Below are positions 1-8,720 of a DNA stretch of 32,000 bases, piece after piece. Source of the DNA: Geotalea uraniireducens Rf4 (lineage in GTDB: Bacteria; Desulfobacterota; Desulfuromonadia; Geobacterales; Geobacteraceae); contig NC_009483.1 of NCBI RefSeq assembly GCF_000016745.1, positions 3,930,001-3,962,000 on the forward strand. Direction: 5' to 3'. Position numbers and translations under genes: made by a program. The first letter of the stretch is position 1. Each line of letters begins with the position of its first letter. The notes under the pieces were generated by a model that saw only the letters and a program-made list of their open reading frames with translations, made no database searches and was not told the origin of the DNA.

Positions 1-228
1 CGCCGATTTCAGGAGATGAGGCTTCCCGGCAGAGATAACCGAGTTCCATCGACATGCCTTCAAGTTGCTGCAACACAGCCGGGTCATCGTCGGATTGAGA
101 TGTGAACTTGCTTGGGTTAATGCCTTTAAGAATCATTTTAGTTTTGATGATTTTCTCCAGCATTGGGTTGCCGGCAGCCCTCTGCCTGAGAACAAAATCG
201 ATCATCTCTCTAATTTTGCCCGCCATAA
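1..228 (-). CDS. hypothetical protein, 5' part only (gene runs off the left window edge)
   Basis: Absent from the ORF track because it has no stop in the window. The reverse-strand ATG at 228-226 is preceded by the RBS AAAGAGGGGA (238-229). It reads MAGKIREMIDFVLRQRAAGNPMLEKIIKTKMILKGINPSKFTSQSDDDPAVLQQLEGMSMELGYL... with no stop down to position 1. The overlapping + ORF 65..346 has poor composition. Confidence 0.5.
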
Positions 229-387
229 TTTCCCCTCTTTAATTCATGTCGTTAAACACAAAAATTTTCATCACCAATCAATGAAATCCATGAAAATCAA
301 ACTTCATTCGCTAATATCGATGCATGCGCAAAATCTTTTCTGTTAGCAATTTCAGTCTGGTGCGCCGACCGCTTTCAGAATATTTAT

Positions 388-403
388 TGCAACTTGAATA
401 CCA
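388..403 (-). promoter_or_regulatory. candidate sigma-54 (-24/-12) promoter
   Basis: The reverse strand reads TGGTATTCAAGTTGCA. The GG and GC are spaced exactly as in the consensus TGGCAC-N5-TTGCA. It lies about 160 nt upstream of the ATG at 228. Confidence 0.4.
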
Positions 404-614
404 TAAATAAAACAATGTTTTTAAAGATAAGGCCGCGCCAATAAAACTCCCTGCGGAATTGTAACTGCACGTAAAATCGGATTTTTTAAACAAATAATGC
501 ACCAGCGCACAAAATCGAAAGAGCGCAACAGGTGCAGAGAAAGGCTACAACGCGGAGATTGTCCCCACCGCACCTTGTGGATTTTGCGTAAGGTGAAGCA
601 TGGAATAAGGGCAA

Positions 615-654
615 AAGAAAAACCGCCGTCCCCTTGCGGGAGCGGCGGTTTTTT
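615..654 (-). terminator. rho-independent terminator (A-tract / GC hairpin / T-tract, potentially bidirectional)
   Basis: AAAAACCGCCGTCCCCttgcGGGAGCGGCGGTTTTTT. On the minus strand it directly follows the stop of ORF 659..1045. A near-identical copy lies at 7231-7279. Confidence 0.7.
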
Positions 655-658
655 AGCA

Positions 659-1640
659 TCAGGGGAGGACCAGATACCATTGTCCTCCATCTCGAACGAG
701 ACGTCGCATGATGGTCCAGTCAGTCCGCGGCTGCTCCATGACAAAATCCCACTGTAGCTGATGCGTCGGCTGAACGGGGCAATTTCCTGTCGGAAAATCG
801 GTTGGCAACCTGGTTACTTTCGTGCGATAGGTGCTCGGAACGGTTCGTTTCAGTTCATTTTTCAACCAGAAATTGAACGCTGGATTGTTTACGTTGCGCA
901 CTGCAAGACAATCGGGATGGACCAAGCGTTCCAGGGCGCTCGGGTCCCCAGTTTCTGACCAGAAGCACCAATCTTGCGCCGAAGGTCCGCTATTGAGCAC
1001 CATTTCCCTTTTGCTGCATGTCGCAGATCGGTGCGAACTGCTCAAGGTCGATCACCTCGGCTGGTCGTGAACTGCGTGCAAATGCCGGATCCGCGTCGGC
1101 AGGGTCGGCGTCTGACGCCTTCAGAAACGCCACCAGCATCTGATGCCGGGCGGGAAATTCCTCGATCTTGGCGATATAACGGTATCCGCACGAGCCTGAG
1201 CCATCGTGCGCAGGCTGCAGAGCAGAAAAAACGATGATCCTACCGACGAGCCGATCCTGTTGATCTTGATGTCAACCACCGAAGAGGCGGGACGGCGCTC
1301 GACTTCCTGCAGAATGATATCCATGCCTGTACCGCCCGGCTTTAATGATGTGGCACGGAACAGTTCCCCGTGAGCCGGCGAGGTGAAAAGGAGCAAGGCA
1401 GCGGAGTACAGGGCTGTGACACTGTTTATTCGTACGTGCGAGTTGAGATTATCTTTCATCTGTTAAACTCCATTTTCATCGCATGGATTATGCAGAGGTT
1501 TGTTTCCTGCTCTTGAATCTGTTGTACAACACCGGAATCAGCGCAAACACCGTAGTATTCCTTGACCTGCTCTGTAATAACTTTTTGAGTCACTTGACTT
1601 TCCTCCCTATGTGTATTTCAGCGTACATTTTTTGAGTCAT
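659..1640 (-). pseudogene. fragmented ORF chain, possibly a decayed class-I SAM-methyltransferase-like gene plus an unrelated C-terminal ORF
   Basis: Pieces are chained on the minus strand in different frames. A 16-aa ORF (1640-1590, MTQKMYAEIHIGRKVK) overlaps by GTGA a 45-aa ORF (1593-1456, VTQKVITEQVKEYYGVCADSG...MEFNR). That overlaps by ATGA the 112-aa ORF 1121..1459, which contains VTALYSAALLLFTSPAHGELFRATSLKPGG. This resembles the fD-v-S...l-h...E-fRvLKPGG segment of class-I methyltransferases, but no GxGxG motif I is present anywhere. A second open frame (about 1273-990) and a third (1045-659) continue without a common frame. Confidence 0.3.
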
Positions 1641-1719
1641 TGGTATTCCAGTCGTAATCCAGATAGTCGAGCCGCAATCCTCTATTCACGTTGCAGAGTG
1701 TAACGCTTCTGTTCATCGA

Positions 1720-2049
1720 TCACTTTGATGGGAGGGTGAGCGCGAACTTCTTTCCGAGGAGGAGCCAGCAACTCATATCTTCCTCCCTTTTCCAGCCACC
1801 TTCTTCCACCATAAGCCACCCCTTCATCGGCTTCCCGGTGATGTCCATGGGCCTGACGTGCTTCTCCTTCAGCTTTTCCCCGGCCGCATCGGGGCCGCAC
1901 CTTACGATGAGGTAGTCCCTGTAGATCCCGAAGCACATATTGCCATTGAGCAGATAACATATCCCGCCGAACATCCTCTTCTTCTCGACGTTTTCCCACT
2001 CCCGGACCATTGTATCTATTCTCTGCTCGATCAGCTCACTGTAAGGCAT
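1720..2049 (-). CDS. TfoX N-terminal domain family protein
   Basis: 109 aa. KKRMFGGICYLLNGNMCFGIYRDYLIVR is the typical TfoX_N pattern (MFGG...NG.M......L..R). RBS AAGGAGG lies upstream of the ATG. Confidence 0.75.
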   Translation of the reverse strand: MPYSELIEQRIDTMVREWENVEKKRMFGGICYLLNGNMCFGIYRDYLIVRCGPDAAGEKLKEKHVRPMDITGKPMKGWLMVEEGGWKREEDMSCWLLLGKKFALTLPSK

Positions 2050-2076
2050 TCTGCACCTCCTTGAGAGAATCTTCTG

Positions 2077-2886
2077 TTAATGGTTCAGCCGCCAGTCGTA
2101 ATACTTCCATGCGATCTTTGCGGCTGTCCCGTGTGCGGCGAGAAATTCCCTGGCCGCTCCCTGGTCCAGATAGCGGATCAGAGTTTCGACGATCCCCCTC
2201 GACCCACCGAAATCGGTGCGATACCACTTGAAGATGGGGGAGAGCTTCAGGATATGATTCTCCGGGACAATCTCCACCTCTGGGCCGTTGATGAAGCCCG
2301 CCGCCGCGGTGTCGAGCTGCCGCTCGATCCGCTCCGGGGTATAGAAGTTGATGGGAGGACAGGAGGAGCTGCCGCAGACAAGTGTGAAATGGATACGGGG
2401 ATCGGAGGGATCGATAATGTGCCGCAGCCTTGGATCGCCTTGGGAGAATGGCCGAAAGAGACCGTGGAACTGCCGGCGGTTCCCACGCAAGATGCCGTGT
2501 TCTATGTCATCCGGCGTGAAAGTCATCCCGCCGATTACGTAGCCGATCTTTCGGAAAAAGCCGGAGACTTCCTTGACGGATTCCTGTATCTTCAGTTCGA
2601 TTATCCCGTGGATAACCAAGGTGTTATAGAGATTGACCCAGAAGGCGAGCCGCTCTTCACGGCTGTCGAGCCTTGAGAGGCCGTATTCCCGCAGAAGACG
2701 GGAACACTCCGCGTACTGCCGGTAGGCATCGGAACTGCGCATGGACTCATAGTCAACACGACCATGTTCCAGGTCGTAGAATTCTCCCTTGAGGCGATTG
2801 ATGTCGCTTCTCAGGTGCGCGGCGATATCGATCTCCGGCTTCATGTCGGGGAGCGGTCCATTATTGAGTATCATCATGCCAGCCAT
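2077..2886 (-). CDS. DUF547 domain protein
   Basis: AFWVNLYNTLVIHGII and IHFTLVCGSSSCPPI are the two hallmark DUF547 motifs. The start was chosen at MAGMMILNN (ATG 2886) because GGGAGAA precedes it; the track start at 2913 lacks an RBS. Confidence 0.8.
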   Translation of the reverse strand: MAGMMILNNGPLPDMKPEIDIAAHLRSDINRLKGEFYDLEHGRVDYESMRSSDAYRQYAECSRLLREYGLSRLDSREERLAFWVNLYNTLVIHGIIELKIQESVKEVSGFFRKIGYVIGGMTFTPDDIEHGILRGNRRQFHGLFRPFSQGDPRLRHIIDPSDPRIHFTLVCGSSSCPPINFYTPERIERQLDTAAAGFINGPEVEIVPENHILKLSPIFKWYRTDFGGSRGIVETLIRYLDQGAAREFLAAHGTAAKIAWKYYDWRLNH

Positions 2887-2919
2887 GGTTATTCTCCCGC
2901 AATATGAGGGCATTACTCG

Positions 2920-3621
2920 TTATGTCATACGGTTATGCTTGCCTTTCCCGTTTTGTGGATGCCGGAACAGTCCGCGTAACGAGTCCGGTGCATGCCGTTC
3001 AACCCAGACAGGCATGAGGAAAAAAAGCAGCACCATCACTATTCCGACAACGACCGCCAGCCTGCCGTTCACCACCAACGCAGCCCCAAAATTGTTGTAG
3101 ACGAACGTGAGCGGGAGCATACCGAAAAACGTCGCCAGACTGAACCGCGAGAGCGACATCTTCGTCATTCCTGCTCCGTAGCTCACCATGTCGAACGAAA
3201 CCACCGGTATGAGTCGGGTGAAGAATACGACGCCGGTCAGCATCCGATTCGAACAGGCGGTACAGAAATTGATGTGCCCACGCAGAAACCTCTCGATCAG
3301 GCTTCGTCCCAGCAGCCGGGCAATCGTGAAACTTATGATCGAGCCGCCGAGTGCTCCGACAGCAGAGTAAAGCGTCCCCAGATAAGGACCGAAAAAGATG
3401 CCGGCGGCGATGTCGAGCGGCAGACTCGGCAGCGGACTGGCAACCGTCAGAGCCATCACCGCCATAAAGCCGATCGGGGCAAAACTACCCATGCGCTTCA
3501 GCTGGTCAAGTATGGCTTTCTGGCTGAATTGGTCCTGAAAACCGGCCGACTTGGCAATGAAGAGAAAAAGCACTGCCAGGATTGCGATCGATAGAAATTT
3601 TAGAGCTTGCCGTGTCCGCAC
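2920..3621 (-). CDS. TVP38/TMEM64 (DedA/SNARE-associated) family membrane protein
   Basis: 233 aa with multiple TM helices. It has the family-type segment GGSIISFTIARLLGR...LIPVVSFDMVSYGAGMT. GTG start. Confidence 0.75.
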   Translation of the reverse strand: MRTRQALKFLSIAILAVLFLFIAKSAGFQDQFSQKAILDQLKRMGSFAPIGFMAVMALTVASPLPSLPLDIAAGIFFGPYLGTLYSAVGALGGSIISFTIARLLGRSLIERFLRGHINFCTACSNRMLTGVVFFTRLIPVVSFDMVSYGAGMTKMSLSRFSLATFFGMLPLTFVYNNFGAALVVNGRLAVVVGIVMVLLFFLMPVWVERHAPDSLRGLFRHPQNGKGKHNRMT

Positions 3622-3686
3622 AGACTCTGTCCCATTCGTTTGAACCTGAATGACGGGCCGGACTCTTTTCCGGCCCGCCGTGACCG

Positions 3687-4166
3687 CTACTTCTTCACCT
3701 TACCGGTGTAAAGATAATCGTTCCCCTTAACTTTGGCATGACAACCGATGCACATATCCACTTTTCCGGAAGCCTCGATTTTCCCGTCAGGGAGATATTT
3801 CATCCAGAAAATGTCCCCCGCTTCGGGATTATACCCCTTGACCTTGTACATCACCGTGACCGCGGCAAGCATCTTGTCAGGCATGTAGTTCTCCTTGACG
3901 ATGATCGCCCCATTCTGCAGCCCCTTTTTCGCCTTGATCGACTTCAGTGCCACATCATTCACGTAGGTGGTGAGCAGTGCACCGTGTGGCTCCGTCCCTT
4001 TATAGAGCTTTCCCTTGCCCGGCCAGAGCTTCCAGTTTGTGTACGGCTTCTCTTTCGTCAGGTACTCGTGGAGCTTGTCGGCATCGGCTCCGGGCATGCC
4101 GGCATGGGCGACTGCCCCCATCATCAACCCTGCTGCTGCGACAACTGCAAGCATCTTTTTCATCAT
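3687..4166 (-). CDS. cytochrome P460-like periplasmic haem protein
   Basis: Signal peptide MMKKMLAVVAAAGLMMGAVAHA and a single C-terminal CIGCH haem c motif. Size and the GA..VKEN.../FWMKY pattern fit the P460 family. AGGAGG lies 3-6 nt before the ATG ATG at 4166/4163; the track N-terminus (4223) is rejected. Confidence 0.6.
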   Translation of the reverse strand: MMKKMLAVVAAAGLMMGAVAHAGMPGADADKLHEYLTKEKPYTNWKLWPGKGKLYKGTEPHGALLTTYVNDVALKSIKAKKGLQNGAIIVKENYMPDKMLAAVTVMYKVKGYNPEAGDIFWMKYLPDGKIEASGKVDMCIGCHAKVKGNDYLYTGKVKK

Positions 4167-4235
4167 CCACCTCCTGGCTGCGATTATGCGGCCTGATTGC
4201 CGCACTATTGAGTCTGGGTTCACGAAACGTGCGTC

Positions 4236-4691
4236 TCAACATCTCAGGCACTGGATGTTCCCCTTTTCACCCCAACGCCGAATCGCCTCATTCATTTGCG
4301 CCAACCCTGCTCTGACCGACGCCCCCATCCCAAGGTTGAAGAGTGGCCCAAGAATTCCTCCAAACTCTGACCTCTGGATGAATTTCAGGCGATGAGGGGC
4401 AAGGATTTCGAGTTCGGTACAGTATTTCCAGGTAAACAATCCAGCAAACAGCAAGGTATGTTGCCAGCAGAATCTTGACTGTGGCTCCACTGTCAGCATC
4501 TTCGGTCTGACAACGAACGGACCGATTTCCGGAAGGTTAACAACCAGTTCCAACTGCTCACCGGCGTTCATTCGTCCCGTCGCCCGTTGAAACAATGGGT
4601 TCCACTGCGGGTAGAGCTTGCAATCGGAAAGCAGTTCCCAAATTCGCTCAACCGGCGTTTCAAGCGTTATTTCTGTCCGAATTTCTTTCAT
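4236..4691 (-). CDS. SRPBCC (START/polyketide cyclase-like) family protein
   Basis: MKEIRTEITLETPVERIWELLSDCKLYPQWNP... is a typical SRPBCC N-terminus. About 150 aa. Confidence 0.7.
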   Translation of the reverse strand: MKEIRTEITLETPVERIWELLSDCKLYPQWNPLFQRATGRMNAGEQLELVVNLPEIGPFVVRPKMLTVEPQSRFCWQHTLLFAGLFTWKYCTELEILAPHRLKFIQRSEFGGILGPLFNLGMGASVRAGLAQMNEAIRRWGEKGNIQCLRC

Positions 4692-5032
4692 CTCGCACCT
4701 ATGTGACACTTTCTCGATACGACCAGCATGCTCAGGCTATCTGGCCGTTCCCGTTCAATAGCGCCCTGAAAACCCTGAAAGAATTTTTCGCCTGTTGTTC
4801 GTCGCATGGTATCACCTATCTTTCGCCTAACGGTCTGCCTGCCAGAATGACAGTTCCGATAAATACGGATTTCATAAGGTGGACCCCGTTGGCTTCAAAT
4901 TGCATTCAGATTTGAGTCTGGAAATCTTCACTTCATGACTCATTATCGACGAATCAGCCAATGCATGATGTAAGATGGCTTACATTTGAAAAAAAATATT
5001 GCTGTGTCTTTAACAACCAATTACTGGTTGAA

Positions 5033-5869
5033 TCATGACAAAAGACCATGCAGATCAATGACTATGGCTGTACAGTCATCCTGCGGCGGATCGGATATCC
5101 CGAAATCAATGAGCGTGCCGAAGAGGCGCTCAAGAAATTCCATATAGTCAGCATCAGAGGTAGCCTGTAAAAAGCGCTTTAACCGGTCGAGTCCGAACTG
5201 CTCACCTGAGGCATTGGTGGCTTCGATAATGCCGTCCGTATAGAACAGAAGCCGGTCTCCCTTCGTAAAACTGAATGATTGCAGATGCATTTCCGCTGCC
5301 TCGAAAAAACCGACCGGAGGTCCAGTGGAATGAAGTTCATGGACAATTCCGTTACGCAGTACCAGCGCCGGCACGTGACCGGCATTCACATAGTGCATGT
5401 TGAGCGTTCCCGGATTGATGATGCCGTAGAACAGTGAGGAGGAAAAATACTGGTCGATGGTTTGTGAGCGCCGGGCGAAATCAACGAGGAACGTATTGAC
5501 CTGCTGCATCAATTCCAGCGGAGCACAGGTTCCGAGGGTTGCCCGATGAATATAACCATAGATGAGCGACATGACCACCGAAGCATGCAGACCGTGACCG
5601 GTGACATCGCCGATGAAGAGCGACTGGCACTCATCGGGCATGGTGATGAAATCGAAATAATCGCCACCGAGCCCTGCCGCCATCCGGTTTTTGATGCCGA
5701 TGCAACACCAGGTACAGACCGGCGAACTCTTGGGCAGGAGGAGTTGCTGAACCTTCTCAGCCAGATCCAGTTCCGGAGCGTCTATAATGCCATTTGCTGC
5801 CCCCTTGTTATTGCCCAACACTGGCCTCATGTTCGATGCACCCCTCGTCATGTCATCGTTTGTTGCCAT
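5033..5869 (-). CDS. PP2C-family (SpoIIE-like) serine/threonine phosphatase
   Basis: GGDYFDF...IGDVTGHGLHASVVM...YVNAGH...LFYTDGIIEA...DDCTAIVI are the SpoIIE/PP2C metal-binding motifs. The start is uncertain (ATG 5869 after GAGGGG, or GTG 5878). Confidence 0.8.
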   Translation of the reverse strand: MATNDDMTRGASNMRPVLGNNKGAANGIIDAPELDLAEKVQQLLLPKSSPVCTWCCIGIKNRMAAGLGGDYFDFITMPDECQSLFIGDVTGHGLHASVVMSLIYGYIHRATLGTCAPLELMQQVNTFLVDFARRSQTIDQYFSSSLFYGIINPGTLNMHYVNAGHVPALVLRNGIVHELHSTGPPVGFFEAAEMHLQSFSFTKGDRLLFYTDGIIEATNASGEQFGLDRLKRFLQATSDADYMEFLERLFGTLIDFGISDPPQDDCTAIVIDLHGLLS

Positions 5870-5925
5870 ACAGCTCACCCCTCTAATGTGCTACGGACAT
5901 CGACACCCATCGCTGGCGTAAAACA

Positions 5926-6456
5926 CTAAAAATCAATCTCCACCTGCAGGGAATCGAGAAATTTGTTGAAGGAGGTAAAAAGCTCCATGACGCCGAGGGC
6001 CTCGATGATCTCCGCATCCGTCGCCCCTGTCCGGCGCAGAGCGGCAAATTCCTCATCCGAAATCCTGAGCGGTGAGAAATTCGCCTTGCGGGCAAAAGCG
6101 ATGAGTGCCTGCTCTTTTCCGCTGAAATCGGCTTTCTCTAGATCCTCTTCGATGGTCTTGATCTCGCTTTCGGAAACTCCGAGGGACCGCAGGGCACCCG
6201 TATGGGCAGCCACACAATAGGCGCAGCTGTTGTCTCTGGAAACGAGAACGGCAATAGTCTGCTTGGTCTTCTGACTTAGACTCCCTTCCGCCATGACCGC
6301 CTTGACCTTGCTCCAGTTGGCCCGGAGCAGAGGGAGATGGTGAGCATATGTCTTGAACAGATTCGGCACCATACCGAACGCCCCCTCTACCTCAGCGAAA
6401 ATTTCCTTCACTTCAGATTCGGCAGTACCTGTCTCGATAGTTGTTATCCTTGCCAT
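5926..6456 (-). CDS. carboxymuconolactone decarboxylase / AhpD-like alkylhydroperoxidase family protein
   Basis: 176 aa with CAYCVAAH (CxxC..H), the AhpD-like active-site motif. RBS AAAGGAGAA. Confidence 0.85.
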   Translation of the reverse strand: MARITTIETGTAESEVKEIFAEVEGAFGMVPNLFKTYAHHLPLLRANWSKVKAVMAEGSLSQKTKQTIAVLVSRDNSCAYCVAAHTGALRSLGVSESEIKTIEEDLEKADFSGKEQALIAFARKANFSPLRISDEEFAALRRTGATDAEIIEALGVMELFTSFNKFLDSLQVEIDF

Positions 6457-6501
6457 CGTCCTGTTCTCCTTTGTTGGTTGGAATGAAGTGAAAACGCCTG
6501 C

Positions 6502-7089
6502 TTATACTCGCAAATCAAGAGTGATCCTCAGCGTATCCAGGCACTCCCGCATGGGACGTTCATCCTTTTTTAGTCGTGACATCATGATGCCCCCTTCGAT
6601 GGTGGCAATGATATGCTTGGCCAATGCTTCGTCATTGATATCAGTTCTTATCTGACCTCTTTTCTGTGCAGCTGCCACCGCCGATGCGACCCTGCTGATC
6701 CACTCGTCAAACACGCTGTCAATAGCTCCGGCAAATTCCGGATCAGAATCACTCATCTCCAGAGCGGTATTGCCAAAGATGCAGCCACCTACAAAGCCTG
6801 TAGCCAGATGCTTATCCAACGCACAGCGAAAAAAATTATCAATGCTCGCTCCGGGATTATCACCACCAAGGGCCTTGCCCAGGAACTCCATAAATTCGCC
6901 AGTCGCCTCTTTCAGAACCTCACGTGCGATTGCGTCCTTCCCGGAGAAATGAAAATAGAAGCTTCCTTTCTGCAAACCTGTAGCTACAACCAGATCATTA
7001 ATTGAAGTGGCACTGAATCCCTTGGTGTTGAAGAGTTCACGTGCGGCTTCGAGAATTTTTGCTCGTGTTATCTCGCCTTTGGTTCTCAT
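6502..7089 (-). CDS. TetR/AcrR family transcriptional regulator
   Basis: N-terminal HTH RAKILEAARELFNTKGFSATSINDLVVATGLQKGSFYFHF. The start was set at ATG 7089, which has GGAGG upstream. It lies directly upstream of, and is probably co-transcribed with, the AhpD-like gene. Confidence 0.85.
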   Translation of the reverse strand: MRTKGEITRAKILEAARELFNTKGFSATSINDLVVATGLQKGSFYFHFSGKDAIAREVLKEATGEFMEFLGKALGGDNPGASIDNFFRCALDKHLATGFVGGCIFGNTALEMSDSDPEFAGAIDSVFDEWISRVASAVAAAQKRGQIRTDINDEALAKHIIATIEGGIMMSRLKKDERPMRECLDTLRITLDLRV

Positions 7090-7240
7090 GACTGCCTCCA
7101 AAAAACCGAACGTTTGTTTTATTATTACGCGGATTATGCATTTGTCAATGTCAGACAAAAAAAGCTTGAAAACCGTATGAAATTTGACCAGAAGGGTATG
7201 GGAAAGTATCAGGCCAGAAAGAGAACATAAATAAGGGCAA

Positions 7241-7280
7241 AAGAAAAACCGCCGTCCCCTTGCTGGAGCGGCGGTTTTTC
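7241..7280 (-). terminator. rho-independent terminator, second copy of the 605-653 module
   Basis: AAAAACCGCCGTCCCCttgcTGGAGCGGCGGTTTTT. On the minus strand it follows the aminotransferase operon, after the inserted repeat element. Confidence 0.7.
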
Positions 7281-7294
7281 TTTTGAAACGGATT

Positions 7295-7516
7295 GGAGTC
7301 TGTCGGACTCAGGGCCTGTCAAGAAATAACTGTTACATTCTTGCATCTCATCTTCGGGCCATCTTTGACAGGCCTTCAATCGCCAAATCCTCAGCGTAGC
7401 CTTGGCTACGCCTGCGGTTTGACTCAATCAGCCCGGCCAAATCTGACCCAAATCTGAGCGCCATATTGTTACACTTATTTCTTGACAGGCCCTTAGGAAT
7501 GAATCTACTGCGAGAA
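7295..7516. mobile_element. nested MITE-like repeats: a solo terminus of the 18172-18340 repeat family interrupted by a 181-bp TIR-bounded element (7312-7492)
   Basis: 7492-7516 (CTTAGGAATGAATCTACTGCGAGAA) is 25/25 identical to the reverse complement of 18300-18324. 7295-7313 (GGAGTCTGTCGGACTCAGG) matches the terminal repeat GGAGCCTGTCGGACTTAGG. The inner element has the TIRs GGGCCTGTCAAGAAATAA (7312-7329) and TTATTTCTTGACAGGCCC (7475-7492). Confidence 0.6.
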
Positions 7517-8707
7517 CTACCCGATCGACATCTCCTCAGCCAGGGCCCGCCAGGCGGGAAGGCTCCTCTCGATCATCGCCTCGTCCACGCAGTAGGCGAT
7601 GCGGAAAAAGCCCGGAGCGCCGAAGCCTGCGCCGGGAACGAGGAGGATGTTGTGCTTCTGCGCGGTCCTGACGAACTCCACGTCATCGGCGAGCGGCGAC
7701 TGGGGAAACAGGTAGAAGGCCCCGTCAGGCTTCACCATGCGGAAGCCCATTGCCGTCAGGTTGTCGTAGAGGAGATCGCGCTTTTTCTGATAAGCGCCGA
7801 TGTCCACCGAAGAGCGTTGCAGTTTCGCCACCATGCGCTGCATCAGCGCAGGCGCATTGACGAAACCCAAAGTCCGGTTGCAGAAAACAGCCCCTTCCAT
7901 GAACAGCTCCACATGGGTCATGCGGGGGTTGGCGGCCAGATAGCCGATCCGCTCGCCGGGCAGCGCCAGGTCCTTGGAATGGGAGGTGACGATGACCGAA
8001 TTGTCCACAAAGGTAAAAATGTTCGGCACATGCCTGCCGTCATAGGCGATGCGGGCGTAGGGCTCATCGGAAATGACGAAGATCTGCCGCTCCAGTTCCC
8101 GTTCCTTCCGCTGCACCAGGTCGCCGAGCTTCTTCAGGCTATCGGCATGGTAAATCACGCCGGTCGGGTTGTGGGGGGTGTTGATGATAATCGCCCTGGT
8201 CTTGTCGTTGATGGCTGCCTCGATGGCCGCAAGGTCCAGCTGGAAGGTGTTCCGGTCGGTCCAGACATCGCGGGGGACGCCGCCATGGTTGTCGATGTAG
8301 AATTTGTATTCGACGAAATGGGGGGTAAGAATGATTACCTCTTCACCCGGATTGAGGATGGCCTTGAGGACCACATTGAGTGCGCCGCTGGCACCGCAGG
8401 TCATGACCACTTCGGCAGCGGTCACCGGCTGTCCCGATGCCTCGGCGATCACTTCCGCCACTGCGCTCCGCGTTTCTTCGTAACCAGCGTTACTCATGTA
8501 GCGGTGCATGCCGGGCAATGGTCTCTCGGCCAGGCTGCGCAATTCATCGTAAAACTCCTGCGGCGGCTCGATGTCGGGATTGCCGATGGTGAAGTCGAAG
8601 ACCTTGTCTGCGCCATGGATCTTCCTCAGCCGCTCCCCCTCTTCGAACATCTTCCGAATCCATGAAGCGCCTTCGATATACCCTTGTATCTTGGTTGCGA
8701 TGGCCAT
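7517..8707 (-). CDS. pyridoxal-phosphate-dependent aminotransferase, class I (AspC-like)
   Basis: 396 aa. It has NPTG, the SHSKDLALPGERIGY PLP-lysine motif and FRIAY near the C-terminus. RBS GAGAGGAG. Confidence 0.9.
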   Translation of the reverse strand: MAIATKIQGYIEGASWIRKMFEEGERLRKIHGADKVFDFTIGNPDIEPPQEFYDELRSLAERPLPGMHRYMSNAGYEETRSAVAEVIAEASGQPVTAAEVVMTCGASGALNVVLKAILNPGEEVIILTPHFVEYKFYIDNHGGVPRDVWTDRNTFQLDLAAIEAAINDKTRAIIINTPHNPTGVIYHADSLKKLGDLVQRKERELERQIFVISDEPYARIAYDGRHVPNIFTFVDNSVIVTSHSKDLALPGERIGYLAANPRMTHVELFMEGAVFCNRTLGFVNAPALMQRMVAKLQRSSVDIGAYQKKRDLLYDNLTAMGFRMVKPDGAFYLFPQSPLADDVEFVRTAQKHNILLVPGAGFGAPGFFRIAYCVDEAMIERSLPAWRALAEEMSIG

Positions 8708-8720
8708 TGCCGGGCTCCTC

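Noticed and set aside
65-346. + ORF of 93 aa at the left edge
   Set aside because: It overlaps the better-supported minus-strand gene (strong RBS, protein-like sequence). It has no RBS and an odd composition.
4689-4808. 39-aa minus-strand ORF (MRRTTGEKFFQGFQGAIERERPDSL...) ending in an ATGA overlap with the SRPBCC gene start
   Set aside because: It has only a weak RBS (AGGTGA), no recognisable features and is very short. The ATGA overlap alone is not enough to call it.
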